Below the pieces are notes generated by a model. It worked only from the letters and a program-made list of their open reading frames with translations, had not been told where the DNA came from and ran no database searches. Below, one piece after another: positions 13,385 to 27,133 of a DNA stretch of 64,000 bases. Within the stretch, counting starts at the first letter, position 1; each line of letters starts with the position of its first letter. The DNA comes from Epiperipatus broadwayi (lineage: Eukaryota > Animalia > Onychophora). A program made the position numbers and the translations under genes. The stretch lies in NCBI GenBank assembly GCA_028023455.1, contig JAQFVV010000005.1, forward strand, positions 13,702,001 through 13,766,000. Direction: 5' to 3'.

Positions 13385-14500
13385 CATTCATCATCACTGG
13401 TGAATCTTAACTGTTTAAGCATCGAGACATCTCTTAAAGGGATATCCATACCTTTGCTAAGAGAGAGGATCCATCATGTCTCCTATAAGAGGGTCTATCA
13501 TGTCTCCTATATGAATGATGTGGTGGTTTTCCTTGCTTTGCAGGAGGAGCTTGTTGGGCTAGAGGAGCTCTTGGACCAATTCGAATGTGAATTTGGTCTA
13601 AGAGTCAACAAAGATAAATCGGCTATCTGGTTGATTATGACCGGCAAGCAAATTCCCGGCACATTTAAGGCTCCACCTCAGAGGTTACTGGGTTTTCATC
13701 TAGCACGCTCCCCATCTAAAATGAGGAAGGAAATTGAAAATGACCTAATGACTAAGATAACAAAATTTATTGGATCGTTGGAGATTTATTTGTCTTTGTT
13801 TGGGAAAATCATGCTGATGAATGCTGTCATGCTTCCCAAGATTACATAATTCCTTGCAGGCTTCTCACCGATGAAAGCCTTTATAAAAAAATGTCGAAAC
13901 CCAATGTAGGAAGCTGTGTTGGGGGGGGGAGCTCCTGTCATCAGCCTGAGCCTCCTACAGAAATTTAAACAGATGAACAGCATAGGACTACACTCAGTCA
14001 AAATCTTATTAATACAGTGTTTTCATAATGTACTTACCAGACTATTTAAAAAACCCAGATATGGAAGGGCTAATATTCCCAAAAGAAATAACTCCTACCA
14101 ATAGGCCACCTCCCAAAAGTGGAAGGCTTTGGATTCAAAATCAAATCTCTATAGTATTTAACCATCTAAAAATGAAGCCAGGAACAATGTTTAATAACAA
14201 ACTAAACTACTGGAACACATATGATCTTATGAATCCGGAAGAAACTAAAATTGACAATATTCTTTCGATTGGGATATTGAGGTTCTCCAGGTTGACCAAA
14301 CATCTAAAATTGGAACCGAGGTTTGTTGATTTTTTAATCAAGGTCAATCTTGGGGACTTGCCTACCGCTGACTTCCTACATAGTAAAAGGAATTATAATC
14401 TGGACCCTCTATTGTACCAATATTGAAATTGGCACATAACAATTTGTTTAAAAAAATTATTAGAAATAAAAATCCTTTGTTAAAAGAGAACTAATAGGTA
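13385..14500 (+). pseudogene. 5'-truncated L1/Tx1-clade non-LTR retrotransposon RT fragment
   Basis: The ORF at 13400 reads YMNDVVVFL (YADD-equivalent)...FGLRVNKDKS...LLGFHL...KITKF...LSLFGKIMLMNAVMLPKI, typical of L1/Tx1 RT domains 5-7 and thumb. Further frameshifted ORFs run to 14426. Confidence 0.72.
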
Positions 14501-14523
14501 AAAGTTTAAGTTTCTTTATTAAA

Positions 14524-15500
14524 TGTAAATGCCGTTTGTTTTCGTGAAAATAAGATTTCAAAATCAGAGAGTTCTTGAAATAAAACTTACAATTGATTAA
14601 TTAAGAGGGGCGGGGGAGTTTTCCTATAGAAAAAACTAAGAGTTCATAAAAGTTAAAGAGTATTATTATTATAAATTAAAAGTTAAAATATAAATCTCTT
14701 TTCATTCCAGTTTATTAGAATAAATGCGTGTTAAAATCATATTGAAAAACACATGAAAATAAATATTGAAATGAAATGTATTTAAAAACATAGCGGTGGG
14801 CTACTAATTAAAGATATAAAAACAACACATTTGTAATGGCTACTACTAATTAAACAATTTTCAAAAACACGTTGTCAAAGGATTAGTTACTTAAGGAATT
14901 TCGACAACACATATTGACGGAGGATATTAAAACAAAAACCCTTCGCATACATAAATAGCTAGATTTTTATTGGACATTCAGTTTCAGTTTGTCTAGTGTC
15001 AGTCTTGTTTCACCAGAAATAATAGTGCAATTTATATTATGTATCCAGAAACAGAAATGCAGTGCTGAGCAGCTTTTGGGAATATACGCTCTTACTTCAG
15101 CCTTTTAGTCCAACAAGATCATCAAAACTTGCCCGTGAAATAATGTCTAAATAACAGCTCAGAAATCCTCCGTCAATGTTCAACTGTCTCCAAGAATAAA
15201 ACCAACGGATTAGCATCAAATCTCAAGATTAGCATCAAATCTAACCGGTTAGATATATTCCGTAAGAAGCAGCCAACAACAAGCAATATCCACGTTCCAA
15301 AAATCCTAGGTAAAACATTTTATTATTCTCATTTATATATAGTAGCCACCGCTGTAATTCATAAATCCTATAGAGACAAGTAATTTGAACTCTATAAGCA
15401 TGCATAAAATGACCTATTGATGTGTGTGTCTGCGAATGTTAGATAATTTATCAATGTCAAATATTATTTTGCTTTCTCATAAGACATATTATAGTGTGTT
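14524..15500 (+). mobile_element. Possible decayed LTR related in architecture to the 34521 solo LTR
   Basis: Starts tgtaaatgccgtt...tgaaaataa, similar to 34521-34570. Has a GC-richer block bounded by ccag| (15048) and |gtaaaa (15310). Similarity is weak. Confidence 0.3.
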
Positions 15501-16914
15501 AAATTAAAATGTGCGTGTAATATATTAGATTTAGAAAATGTTTAAAATTAGTAAATATTAATTAAAATAAATGGTCTTTAAAACTTAAACTTTATTTGTC
15601 GGTCAATTCTTTTTATCAAATTCTTTTTATCAATCTCTTTTTACCAATTCTTTTTTCTATATTTTATTATTGATTAAAATTAGACTGGGCTAGTTTTTGG
15701 GATCATTTCGAGCGCTGGATTATGAGCCTACTGACCAAATACGTTAGTCTGAAACTAGCTGGCGCCTGGGGTTTACTCCGAAACAAATAAAGTGTTTGGA
15801 TAGTGGGGGTTTGAATCTAGCAGCCGAGGTGGGCCATTGTTGATAGTTAAAGCTATCAATAATAATTCCCATTTTTCTCGAATGTGCCGGTTCATTCACG
15901 TAACATTTATAATTAAATAAGATTATAAATGTATTATGGAGAAGTTTAAAACCAGCCAAAACATATATTCGTGTAAATAAGATCCTTCAACAGATCGATC
16001 CGGTACATTATGCGCACTATGTAGGCGTAATGATGAGACAATGACACATATATTGAAGGAGTGTCAAATTTGGAATAGTATAAGGAACATTTTTAAATCT
16101 CTCATTAAAAACAAAGAATCAGCTTGTGTAAATTTGACTAAGGCCTTCAAGAGTGGACATTTTGGGGTCATAAGATAGGCAACATTTATAAATTTTTCCA
16201 TTTGGTCACTGAGAAATAAGACTATCTTTGAAAGTGGAGAAGAATATGACATGATTAAAATATTTTTACACTTACTAAAAGAAATTAAAGAATTAGACCA
16301 AAAATTTTCTCAGAATTGGATGTTCAACCAGACATGGTCCCTAATAAACCTAAAACAAAGTATAGTACCGATGATGAAAAGAATATAAAGTTGTAAATCC
16401 ACAGATACTGAGAAAATTTGAATGAACCATTTACCTAAAACATTCTAGATAAACTTTATATGGAAGAGATCCAAGAACTAGAAAATGCCATTATAAAGTT
16501 ATTCACCTAACTGATGAATAATAGGAAAGGGCTTTCATTTGATTAATGGATCAGTTTTAATCAATGACCCAATAAATATATTAAGACTGCTTTAATAATG
16601 CTTAATGGTAACCGATTTGTTTACTGTAAAGAATGTATGATATATTTCGTGTAATTTTCAGTCTTACGTATTCTATGAAAACCTTTTAAATAATTTTTAT
16701 CAATGTAATCTCTATATTGGATCGGCTAACCTCATGATCTACAAGGAAAGTGTATGGTTTTCATATATGGTTCATAATGATTACTCTTTAGATATTTAAA
16801 ATGTTAAAATACACACAGAAACACTGGAATGGGAAGTTATATGTCTTCAATTTCTGGTAATAACTAATGTCTTAATGTAATTGATATGAAATTAATTGTT
16901 TTTTTGTTTATATA

Positions 16915-17187
16915 TACAAGCGGAACCTCTGATATTGTTGACTGGTCTCCTTTGAAAATGATATGTAAATGTCCTTTTTGTAAATGATTCTTATGGTTTG
17001 TGAATAAAATTTCCTTTTGAAAGATAAATGTACATTATGTCTGGTACAGAGAATCAATCTCTCTGAAAAATTTAAATGAATATTATATCTGGTACAGAGA
17101 ATCAATCTCTCTGAAAAATTTAAAGGTATATTATGTAGGTACCAAGAGTCCATATTTCTATGTGGATTCTGTAATCAGAGGTTACAT
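16915..17187. mobile_element. pogo/Tigger-like MITE with an internal ~48-bp tandem duplication
   Basis: Termini tacaagcggaacctctgat / atcagaggttaca. tctggtacagagaatcaatctctctgaaaaatttaaa occurs twice (17040-17125). Confidence 0.45.
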
Positions 17188-17254
17188 AAAATAAATCCTC
17201 CAGATATATATTATAAGTATCCAGTCAAAATGAAACATAAAGCTATCAAAAATG

Positions 17255-19653
17255 GATTGAATATCTTGCCTACATTTTAATGACAATAAAAAAATGCCAG
17301 ATGTTAAAAGTAAAGATTTTGACAGAGTATATAAACTTAGGCTGATTATAGACTACTGCAATGTAAATTTTATAGCTGCCTATCAATTGCATAGAAGTAG
17401 CAATTGATGAAGCTATTATCAAATTTACTGTTCGTAATAACATGAAGCAGTATGAGCCATCAAAACCAATAAAGCAAGGATTCAAATGGTGTATGTGCGC
17501 AGATAGCCATAATAGATGTGTCTCATATGGAGTTGTATACAGGCAAAAGTACAACTTCAGATGCTGGCCAATGTCTGGGTACTCGAGCTGTACTTTCAGT
17601 AGTTTTGCTATATCCATCCAAACAGCATCATATCATTTTTGTGATATTTTACAAGCATACAGTTAGCAAAAAAACTGTACGCAAACAAAATCTATTGTTG
17701 CAGCACACTAAATGCAAATAGAAAATGTATCCCCAACAGCATCAAAGAAATTATTAAAAAAATGAATAGAGGAGACTCATATTTTGTAATAGATCAAGAC
17801 AATGGTCATCAATTTTTAATTTGGATGGATAAGAAGCCAATTATAATTCTAACCAATGCTTATCCACCTTCTGGAAATGATCCTGTTAAAAGAAACCAAA
17901 GATGGGACACTTCATTCATATCCATGCCCACCTGCAATAAAAATGTATAACTGCTTCATGGGTGGAGTAGACTTGGCCAATAGGAAATGACTTCAGTAGG
18001 GTTGGAAGAGAAAGCCTAATCTATGGCTAATGTGTCTTTTTTGGCATTGCTTTGATACAGCTACTAGGAATGCACATAGTCTGTACATCGAATATATGAC
18101 TCTAAAACAGAGAATAGTTCGACCACTTTTACTTTTTTGGAGCCTTATCAGATAGCCTAATAGATAGGTTTTCTTCAAAAGTCAGCAATCATACAGCTTA
18201 TCATGTTGTACATCTGGCTCTTCATTCCACTGGAAAACATGCTAGTTGACCGTCACAAACATAATATCCCTAAAAGAAAGGCTTGTGTTGTCTGCCTAAA
18301 AAAAGAAGCAAAGGCATGAGAGGTTTTTTGGCTGCATGGAGTGTGGATCTGTCACATTCCCATAGTGCTTTGAGGAACTATTTTGCTATCTATCACAGTG
18401 AGAGTGTAATAGGTGCCACACCTCAGACACCACTACAATCAACTTCTGCAGGAGGGATCAACTAGCATGCAGCTCAGTCCAGATCTCCCCATGTAGATGA
18501 TCAGCAGCAGCTCTAATCAGTAAGTTGTATTTGCATTTGGTTGTATTATTATTTAAATTGTAAGCTATCATTTTGTAGTAATAACTTGATTTTATATTTT
18601 AGGTAAATTCAATCTAACAAGATGAAGTGTTTGTCATAAGCTGCTGACAGATAGGATAAATAATAAAGAGCATTATTATTAATATACTACATAGCACTGA
18701 CCGTAAACCCTTTTTTTTTGTTTAGCTGCACCAAGCATGGAATCTGAATCGGTCATATTCTGAAGTCATCACCACTAATTAAAATTTTTAACATTTTATT
18801 CTAATTATATTATTTTGGTTTGCTTTGTAATAATTTTCTTTGCTTTTTACACTAATTTTATATATATTTTTATCTTTGTCTGATTTTTTTTTAATAATAA
18901 TTTTAACTTTTTTTGCTTTTTTTTAATAATTTCATATATAATTTTACCTTTTTTTAAAATAATAATTTCATATATCATTTTTTAGTTTATATATAAGTTG
19001 TTTTTATTGTTTTGTTTTGCTATTTTATTTTGTATATAGCAATTTTTATTAGTGATTACCACATCATTAATAAATAAAAAAATGTTTTATTTTTATTTTT
19101 CCTCTTATTTTTTCATATTATAAATATGAAAGACTGATTTTTTAATAAATTATAAACATCATTAAAGTTCTTTATTATAATATTCAAAATATACTAATTA
19201 TTGATCAATATTAACTACTTGTTATCAGAGATGCCATATTTGTTGCAAACCTCTGTATAGAAAAAGATTTTGCAGGGCTACTAGGAAAAATGGAAAGATA
19301 CTAATATCTTTATTCCATGAAGTGTTGAAGTTATGTCATATTATACATCATTTTCTTAGAAATTTAATGAGGAATGCAGCCAACTCATTAATAAAATTGT
19401 AGTTTTATAATATAACCATGAAAAAATAGAATTTATAAAATATGAAAATAATTTCTAGAAATATCAATTTTTTTTTATTACTTTGGATATCAATGACTAT
19501 ATTTTTTCAGCTTCATTACATTCTTTGACATTCTATGTATAAAAAAATATATATTATATGACTTTAGACTAATATAAAGTTGAGTTATTATAAAATTTGT
19601 GGCTTAACATAATTTTTTAAATTTTCAATATGGCTGCCTTGTAAGTGAAAAGG
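17255..19653 (+). mobile_element. piggyBac-like transposon copy 2 (5'-truncated, transposase pseudogene ~17255-18400)
   Basis: HFNDNKKMPDVKSKDFDRVYKLRLII, IDEAIIKFT.RN.MKQYEPSKPIKQGFKWCMCADSHN, NCFMGGVDLAN. Collinear with copy 1 to the right end (aaaaggtaa). Confidence 0.88.
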
Positions 19654-20586
19654 TAATTGTTTCTTTTCTTTATTGAAACAGATATACTGTTCCACGTATG
19701 TATTCAAAAGATCCCCCCCCATTTAAAAAGGCTAGCATGATTTGTAATTAAAAAAAAAAGTGTTTAAATTTGCGGTTAAAAAAAAGTATAAATCTTTTTT
19801 TTAATTAAAATTTATAAATCCAAAAAAGAAAATCAATAAAGTAAAAATGGAAAAAAAAAATTATATTTAAACATTAAAAAAAGCTAAGTTTATTTTGTAT
19901 TTCAGAAAAATAATTTGTAAGGCAAAATAACTGAGGTGTTAAGCCAATGCCTTAGGCAAAGAAATGTAAAATTAATTGGAATTCGAAAACACATAGCCAG
20001 ATAATTAAAAATGGTCTTCTACCGCCAAAAAGAATAGCCAATGAGCTGGGGGAAATGGCACGAACGTGGACGAAAACACCACCAACACCAATTGAAGCAG
20101 GCATCATGTAAAGAGAATCCATTCTGATAAGCAGGAAGAGTATAAATAGGCTGAGAAAAATTTGGATTATCAGACAGAGAGAATAGTTTTTATTTTTATC
20201 AGTCAAGTAGTTTTCCTTTTTAGAAGTCATATTGGATAAAACAAGCAGAAAAAGTACAAAATATTTAGAAAATTAGGATTATCAGAGTGTTTATTTTTAT
20301 CAGTTTTACTAAGTAAAGCAAAACAGAAAAATCAAAACTTAACCATGAAGAAACAATTTAACATGGGTGGTTAACCTGCTTTTTTCTCTCCATCCATGAT
20401 CATGAAGTAAGCTCCAGCCTGTCTACTGTGCCTTCATTAAGCCCCCATTGGTATTGAAAGAGAACAAGTAAAAAGGTAAGAATTAAAAAATAGTAGCAAT
20501 TCAATTATTAATGCTATGATAAAGTTTCTAATAAAAGAAAAAAATTAATGGAGAAATACGAAAACGTTAATTGTGTTCTATATTTC

Positions 20587-21335
20587 AAATTATAAATGAA
20601 ACTGCTAATGAATTTATGTATAAAAATATACGTTTGCAGCAGACGAAGTAAATATTTATGTTATAATAATTAAATGCTGTATAAATCGTAAATGCTTAAC
20701 TGCATATTACTTGTATCTGGATAATATAACAAAGTTATGCGTATGCATATACATCTATATTTCAAATTATAAATGCTCTACCAACACGGAAATGCTTATA
20801 ACAAACTTATCTGTTTATGTTAACTGAAAAATAAATATCTGAGCTATATATCAGAACAAGTTAAAATTATAAATGAAACTGCTGATGAACTTAAGTATAA
20901 AAAATATACGTGTATAGCAGACCAAATAAATATTTATGCTAGAATTAAATGTAAATCATAAATGCTTAACTGCAAATTAAACTGCTTCCAAACTTCTCAT
21001 AAGTGAACTGAAAATAAATCTTCACACATGGATACCTATGGACTTGAAAATGAATTATTGTTAAATTAAACTGCTTCTAAACTTCTCATAAGTGAACTGA
21101 AAATAAATCTTCACACATGGATACCTATGGACTTGAAAATGGACTGTTGTTAAACAAACTGCTTTTAAACTTCTTCTCATAAGTGAACTGAAAATAAATC
21201 TTCACACATGGATATATATGGACTTGAAAATGAATTATTGTTAAACAAACTGCTTTTAAACTTCTTCTCATAAGTGAACTGAAAATAAATCTTCACACAT
21301 GGATACATATGGACTTGGAATGAATTATTGTTAAA
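20587..21335. repeat. Compound tandem repeat: 2x ~120-bp unit (277-bp period), then 4x 88-91-bp unit
   Basis: aaattataaatgaaactgct occurs at ~20587 and ~20864. aaactgctt..aaacttctcataagtgaactgaaaataaatcttcacacatggata occurs at 20979, 21068, 21156 and 21247. Confidence 0.85.
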
Positions 21336-21559
21336 TAAAATTGTTGTTACTTAAAATTACTCTTAGTTGTTCCATTCTTTTTTTTTTATTGCATCACTCA
21401 TCATTCAGTGCACTTGTTTACGAGAATCTCATGCCTCCGAGCTATGTCTGGCATAACTAGACCTACGTAAGTCAGGTTGTAGTGAGATGGAACTCTAGTG
21501 GCACCATTTGGAAAACCAAACACAGAAATGTCTAGATGCTTCCAGTCTCTATGATGCTA

Positions 21560-21878
21560 CATCCTCTGATGAGCAGGAAATATTGTTGTAGGAGGGGATA
21601 ACATCTATATTGGGGAATGCCAATTGATAGTTTCTTCCTGCAACATGCTCATCAGGAAATTGTTACAACCGAGGTAATGAAGGGATTGTACGGTGGTCCG
21701 GTTACATTATATTGGATACACCCTTTAAAACAGTGGTGCAGATCTTCAGCAACTGTGGTGGACTGCTTTAAGTTTTGCAGAGAAGTTTGTTCATAAGCTG
21801 TCTCTGTTGAGGTGAGGGAACAGTTGATCAGGATTGAAGTACCTATTCCAAATTGATGAAGCCAAGTTTGCTGCCGCT
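21560..21878 (+). pseudogene. Second Merlin/IS1595 transposase fragment
   Basis: SATVVDCFKFCREVCS...IDEAKF matches the Merlin consensus TIVDW.NFCREVC...VEIDESKF. Confidence 0.7.
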
Positions 21879-21879
21879 T

Positions 21880-24800
21880 ATGGAACATTAGAAAATGTCC
21901 AAAACAAGAATAACGTCAATGTCCAGGTCTATCTTTTTATAATTATTTCATGTTTCTTGTTGCTAGGTTCTTTATTTTCCTATGGTAATTGTCAATACAG
22001 TGGAATATGCTCTGTCTTATGTTGATGATGAACTTGTGTTTATTCATTAAGATGATCTTTCTCTGCTTCGTATGTCTCTGTTGAGTTGAGGGAACAGTTG
22101 ATCAGGATTGAAGTATATATTCCAAATTGATGAAGCCAAGTTTGCTGCCGCTTATGGAACATTAGAAAATATCCAAAACAAGAATAATGTCAATGTCCAG
22201 GTCTATCATTTTATAATTATTTCATGTTTCTTGTTGCTAGGGTCTTTATTTTCCTATAGTAATTGTCAATGCAGTGGAATATGCTCTGTCTTATGTTGAT
22301 GATGAACTTGTGTTTATTCATTAAGATGATCTTTTTCTGCTTCATATGAACAATTTATCCAAGGTATTTTCTGGATATGGCCATACCACAGTTGGTATCC
22401 TTCATCTTTCGTGATTGGATGAATGTAACAGATCATGAATTGTCTACCTTTCTTGGAATGGCATTAGGAATTTCATACAAGGTCGCATCCAAGTGAAGGA
22501 CATTTGGAGTTCTGATCATAGAGTGAGGGTATCATATTTTGCAAATATAATGCCACATAAACGATTTACTAATATTTTATCATGTATACATTTCAATAAT
22601 AATAAAAAAATGCCGAAGGTAAACAGTAAAGATTTTGACATCCGAGTGAAGAACATTTGGAGTTCCGATCCTAGTGTGAGGGTATCATATTTTGCAAATA
22701 TAATGCCACGTAAAAGATTTACTAATATTTTATCATGTATACATTTCAACGATAATAAAAAAAAATGCCGAAGGTAAACAGTAAAGATTTTGACAGAGAG
22801 TAAAGATTTTGACAGACTTTATAAGATTAGACTAATAATAAAAAAATGCAATATAAATTTCAAAGCTGCATACCAGATGCACAAAGAGATTGCAGTTGAT
22901 GAGGCAATCACAAAATTTTTAGGTCGCAATGTTATGAAACAATATGATAAATCAAAACCAATAAAAAAAGGTTTCAAGTGGTGGATATGTGCTAATAGTC
23001 ATAACGGTTGTGTACCACATGGAAATGTATAAAGGCAAAAAGACTCATCTTCAAATGCTTCTCAATATCTTGGTACTCGTGCTGTGAAGTAGTTAGTTCT
23101 TCCATACCTTGCAAAACAACATTACATTATTTTCTGTGACATATTTTTTTCGAGTGTGGAACTAGCTAAAGAACTTTTATGAAAATAAATTATATGTTTG
23201 TGGAACAATGAATGTAAAGAGAAAAGGTGTTCCAAAGCACATTGTTGAATTGCATAGTAATAAAAAATAAAAAGAGGAGAATCTCATTTTGTCTTGGACA
23301 AAGATAGTGGACTTCAATTTTCAGTACGGATGGCCAAAAAGACAATAGCTATTATCACAAATGCTTATGTGCCTTCTGGAGATGCTGTTGTTACCCGACG
23401 AAGTAAAAGTGGATCGTAAGAATTAGTTCCATGTCCACCTGCAATAAAAATGTACAAGTACATGGGTGGTGTTGTCTTAGCTAATCAAAAGTGAATGCAA
23501 TATGGTTGGGACAGAAAATCTATACGATGGCCATTGCGACTATTCTGGCATTGCTTTGACATCACAATTTCCAATGCATATATTTTGTATTGTACTTATA
23601 CGTGCCATTGCGACTATTCTGGCATTGCTTTGACATCACAATTTCCAATGCATATATTTTGTATTGTACTTATACGTCATCTAAGAATTTGACTGCTTTG
23701 AGACATCTAGATTTTCGGAAAACCTTATCTAACATGCTGATTGATGGATTTTCTTCAAGGATAAACTATGTCCCAAAATCACATGTATTTCCACATCTAG
23801 CACAGAAATCACATGGAAACCATACACATGTTACTCTTCGTCACCATAACATTCCCATAAAGAAGCGTTGGGTGTCTAAAAAAAAGACAAAGACATGAAA
23901 CTCAATTTGGCTGTTTGGAATGTGGACTGGTACTTATTTGTAACAATGCACAAAGAGGATGTTTTGTTTTTGATTCAAATCCTGTTGTACCAGTTTTACC
24001 ACAACCATGAGCTGCAGTTTCATCACAAATGGACTTGCTGGGATTGTAAATAACATGTAATCTGAAGGTCTTCCAATGCAGATGGTTCTACTTATGCTCA
24101 GATGAGGAATATGACTTTTGAAAAGTTCTAATGGCTAAGTTACATTTGCATTTTACTTTTTTGTTTATTGTTTTCCAGGAATATTTTTTATATTCTTTTG
24201 ATTTTATATTTTAGGTGAATTCAACCTGATCAACTGATTTTTTTACTCTGTGATAGGTAGCACATTTGAAAGGTAATGTTTTTATTAGGTTTTTTTTTGT
24301 TGGTTTGTTTTAGATACCAGAACAATGGATGAATGGTTGACACTCTGATTCAGGACTACTTACAATTTATTTCTCTCTAGCAATTTGATTGTATATAATG
24401 CAATAATTTTTTTTTATTCTGTTTTTACTAATTTTTGTTTTACTAACTTGGTTTTCATTGTTGTTTTACTAATTTAGTTTTTATTTGTTGTTTTACTAAC
24501 TTGGTTTTTTACTAACTTCATTTTATATTTTATAGGCATATGACTGCCTGATTGCCTTCCTTATTAGAATTTTGTAACAGCTTCATTACTGATTACTTTT
24601 GCCAATTGGTAAACATGATCTGGAATGTATTGTTTTATTAATAATAATATTGAATAATATGAAATATTTTGCATATTTATGTTAGATTATATGAACAGGT
24701 ATGCTTCTCTGGAAGACATATCTTGAAAGAGGTAGAATATAAACATTTTTTTATATAAATATCTGCCATAGAATCTTTTTAGTAATCATTGACTGCCTCT

Positions 24801-25602
24801 TGAAATGAGAAATTTTTTCATATTCTAAATTTGTAAATTGTTTTTTGTATTGGCAATGATTATTTAGTATGATGATGATGTTATAAACAAGGTAGGTTTA
24901 TCAAAAGTCTAAAATCAAAATAGTGCATTTTGTTTATCAGGCTTTTGAGTTTTTCCATAACCATTAGCAAAACATTCATGATGCATACATATACAACACT
25001 TTTATAATATACATATACCTGCACCATGATGATGATGATGACATTTTATTTTTTTATTGTATTTATAATGGCGAGTAATAATATTTCCACTTCCTTCATT
25101 ATTTTTACATTCTAATAGAATTTTAATTTATTTTTTTTATCTTTTATTAAGGAGAACATTTTTTCTTACAGGCACCTTGACAATTTGCAACATTTGGGGT
25201 AGAAGATAAAAATGAAGAACTCTTATAGGAACATTTTTGGACATTGTAAAGCTATGGATTATCTCAGGTAAGACTTATTATATATGTTTAGAAAGATTTT
25301 TTTGAGAGGAATACAAAGAAATTATCACTGAAGATGTAATTTGCATTTTAGTTAATGTTAATTTCCAAATTATGAACAAACAATAAAATAATAATTATTT
25401 CGGGTGTGAAAATTTCTTTTTTTCCTTATTTTTTATATAGTTATTACTATTTATTTTATGCTTATTGTTTTCCTTAGTTTTTCTAGTTTCTAGCAATGTA
25501 ATTGTTTTTGCTCTAACATAATTAAAACTGAAGTTATTGTAAAAATTGTGTCTCAGACTAGTATTTTAAAAAAATTCAATATGGAGGCTTAGTCCCAAGG
25601 AG
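21880..25602 (+). mobile_element. piggyBac-like transposon copy 3 (divergent subfamily, with internal tandem duplications)
   Basis: ELSTFLGM, KDIWSSD..VSYFANIMPRKRFTNILSCIHFNDN, DRLYKIRLII, VDEAITKFLGRNVMKQYDKSKPIKKGFKWW, YKYMGGVVLANQ, KSIRWPLRLFWH. Right end ccaaggagTTAA at 25603-25606. Confidence 0.88.
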
Positions 25603-25735
25603 TTAAGGAAAGTGTTCTTTATGTAGGGTATAGTATTGAATTGTAACATGAAACTTAAAATTACCTGTCAATTTATATTTAAACCCATTATGAACCACAT
25701 ACCAATTTAAAATGTATTATAATGCATAGAGAGAT

Positions 25736-25845
25736 TAGGTCCTAATGTATATCATCCACAGATAACTGGCACCCGAGGATGATTTGAACAAAATTTAAAA
25801 TCCTTACATAAATTTATTATCCGTTGGAAAATTTTAAAGGACCTA
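25736..25845. mobile_element. MITE-like element, second copy of 6970-7096
   Basis: taggtcc...ggaccta termini, with the internal gataactggcacccgaggatga...tccttacataaattt. Confidence 0.5.
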
Positions 25846-27133
25846 TTAAATTATTTGAAAATTGGATTGAGCTATGAAGGTACAATTATTGGGCAAGATA
25901 ATATATATAATTGGAGGCAAAACATAGAAGTCATGAATTACAGCAATCGAAGATTAAGCATAAAATTATAAAAGCTCTGCAGTACGAGGAGGCAAGAGTA
26001 AGAAATATTTTTTTTTTGTATTATTTTAACAATATGAATAATTTGTTATTATGTTATATATAAGTAATGGCGTAGGATAAGACACTTAGGACTGAATTTG
26101 AAATAGTAGGAGTAAAAGGCGGGCGGGCGGAAGCCACTGTGACTATTTCTTGTTGGGAAGATGGCAATTAAGCTACTGAGAGAGAAAAAACAAAGTTTAA
26201 ATAGGGTATAAATAATTATAGAGGAAATGAATAGACATACTGAAAATCAAATAGTAAGAGATAGGGAAGATGAGGCAAACGTGGGTAGTGAAAAGAAGAC
26301 AGGTAAGGAAGCCAGGGATAAAGGCAAGATACTCAGGTCTGGGAGAGAAACTATAGAGGATAATAGTAGAACAGAAGGGAAATGGAAAGAGAAATGAGTG
26401 TTGACCCGTACTCAGAGGAAACTGTAGGAAGCCCAGTGCACTCTATGCAGTCATCCAAAACAACACCAGAACTAAAACCTCAAAATATTATGACTATAGA
26501 CATACAGGAGCTCCTGTTATCCAGGCTCATAGGGATGGAAGAAGCAAGAAAGGGAAATGAGAAGTAAAGAGAAAGTATAGAAAAGCAGGAAAAGAAAATA
26601 AGAAAAGAAAGCGGAAGAGATACAGAAATAGGTTCAAAGCCTTGTAAGAATAAACGGAAAGATTATCCATAGACTGTGGAAGGAAGTATGAAGAAGTAAA
26701 TGATGTTTGAGGAACTCCTGAAAGACCACAAGAAGGAAACCTCGGAGGTTATTAGATTGAAGGTAGAAATAATACTGGCCCGTGATAAGATGGATAAACA
26801 AGCAGCTTTCCAGGGGGGCATATCCCGTATTCATCAAGGGTTAGATGAGGAACACATCTGTTGAGAAAAGCAAGGTAAAAATGTTAAGGGCCTAATACAG
26901 GAGGCAATATATGAAATTAAGGACAACTTAGAATATGGAAATGAGCCAGGGAACCAAAGAGAGGGAAGAAATAAAGGATATCCAGGTGTTGCAAAAGGAT
27001 AGAGGGTAGAAAGAGATCTAAAGGAGACCCAGAGATGATACACTAGAGGAAGGTACTTATCAGGCAATCCAAGTGGCTATAATCTTAGCAAAGGCAACTA
27101 CGGTAAATCAAGGGAACAGTACAAGGTTTAAAG

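Noticed and set aside
15806-15817. tRNA B-box-like strings (also ~50325 and ~60426)
   Set aside because: No A box or cloverleaf could be built. At most these are SINE or repeat remnants.
16060-16420. Possible RT remnant (CVNLTKAFKSGH, resembling DLSKAFD)
   Set aside because: It is a single weak motif with no other RT domains in register.
19687-20360. BEL/Pao-type solo LTR (TGTT...AACA) and the 92-aa minus-strand ORF at 19952
   Set aside because: No matching TSD was found and the ORF has no recognisable domain.
21561-21595. CTGATGAG...GAAA hammerhead-like string
   Set aside because: There is no stem II or valid NUH/stem I, and it lies within the Merlin fragment.
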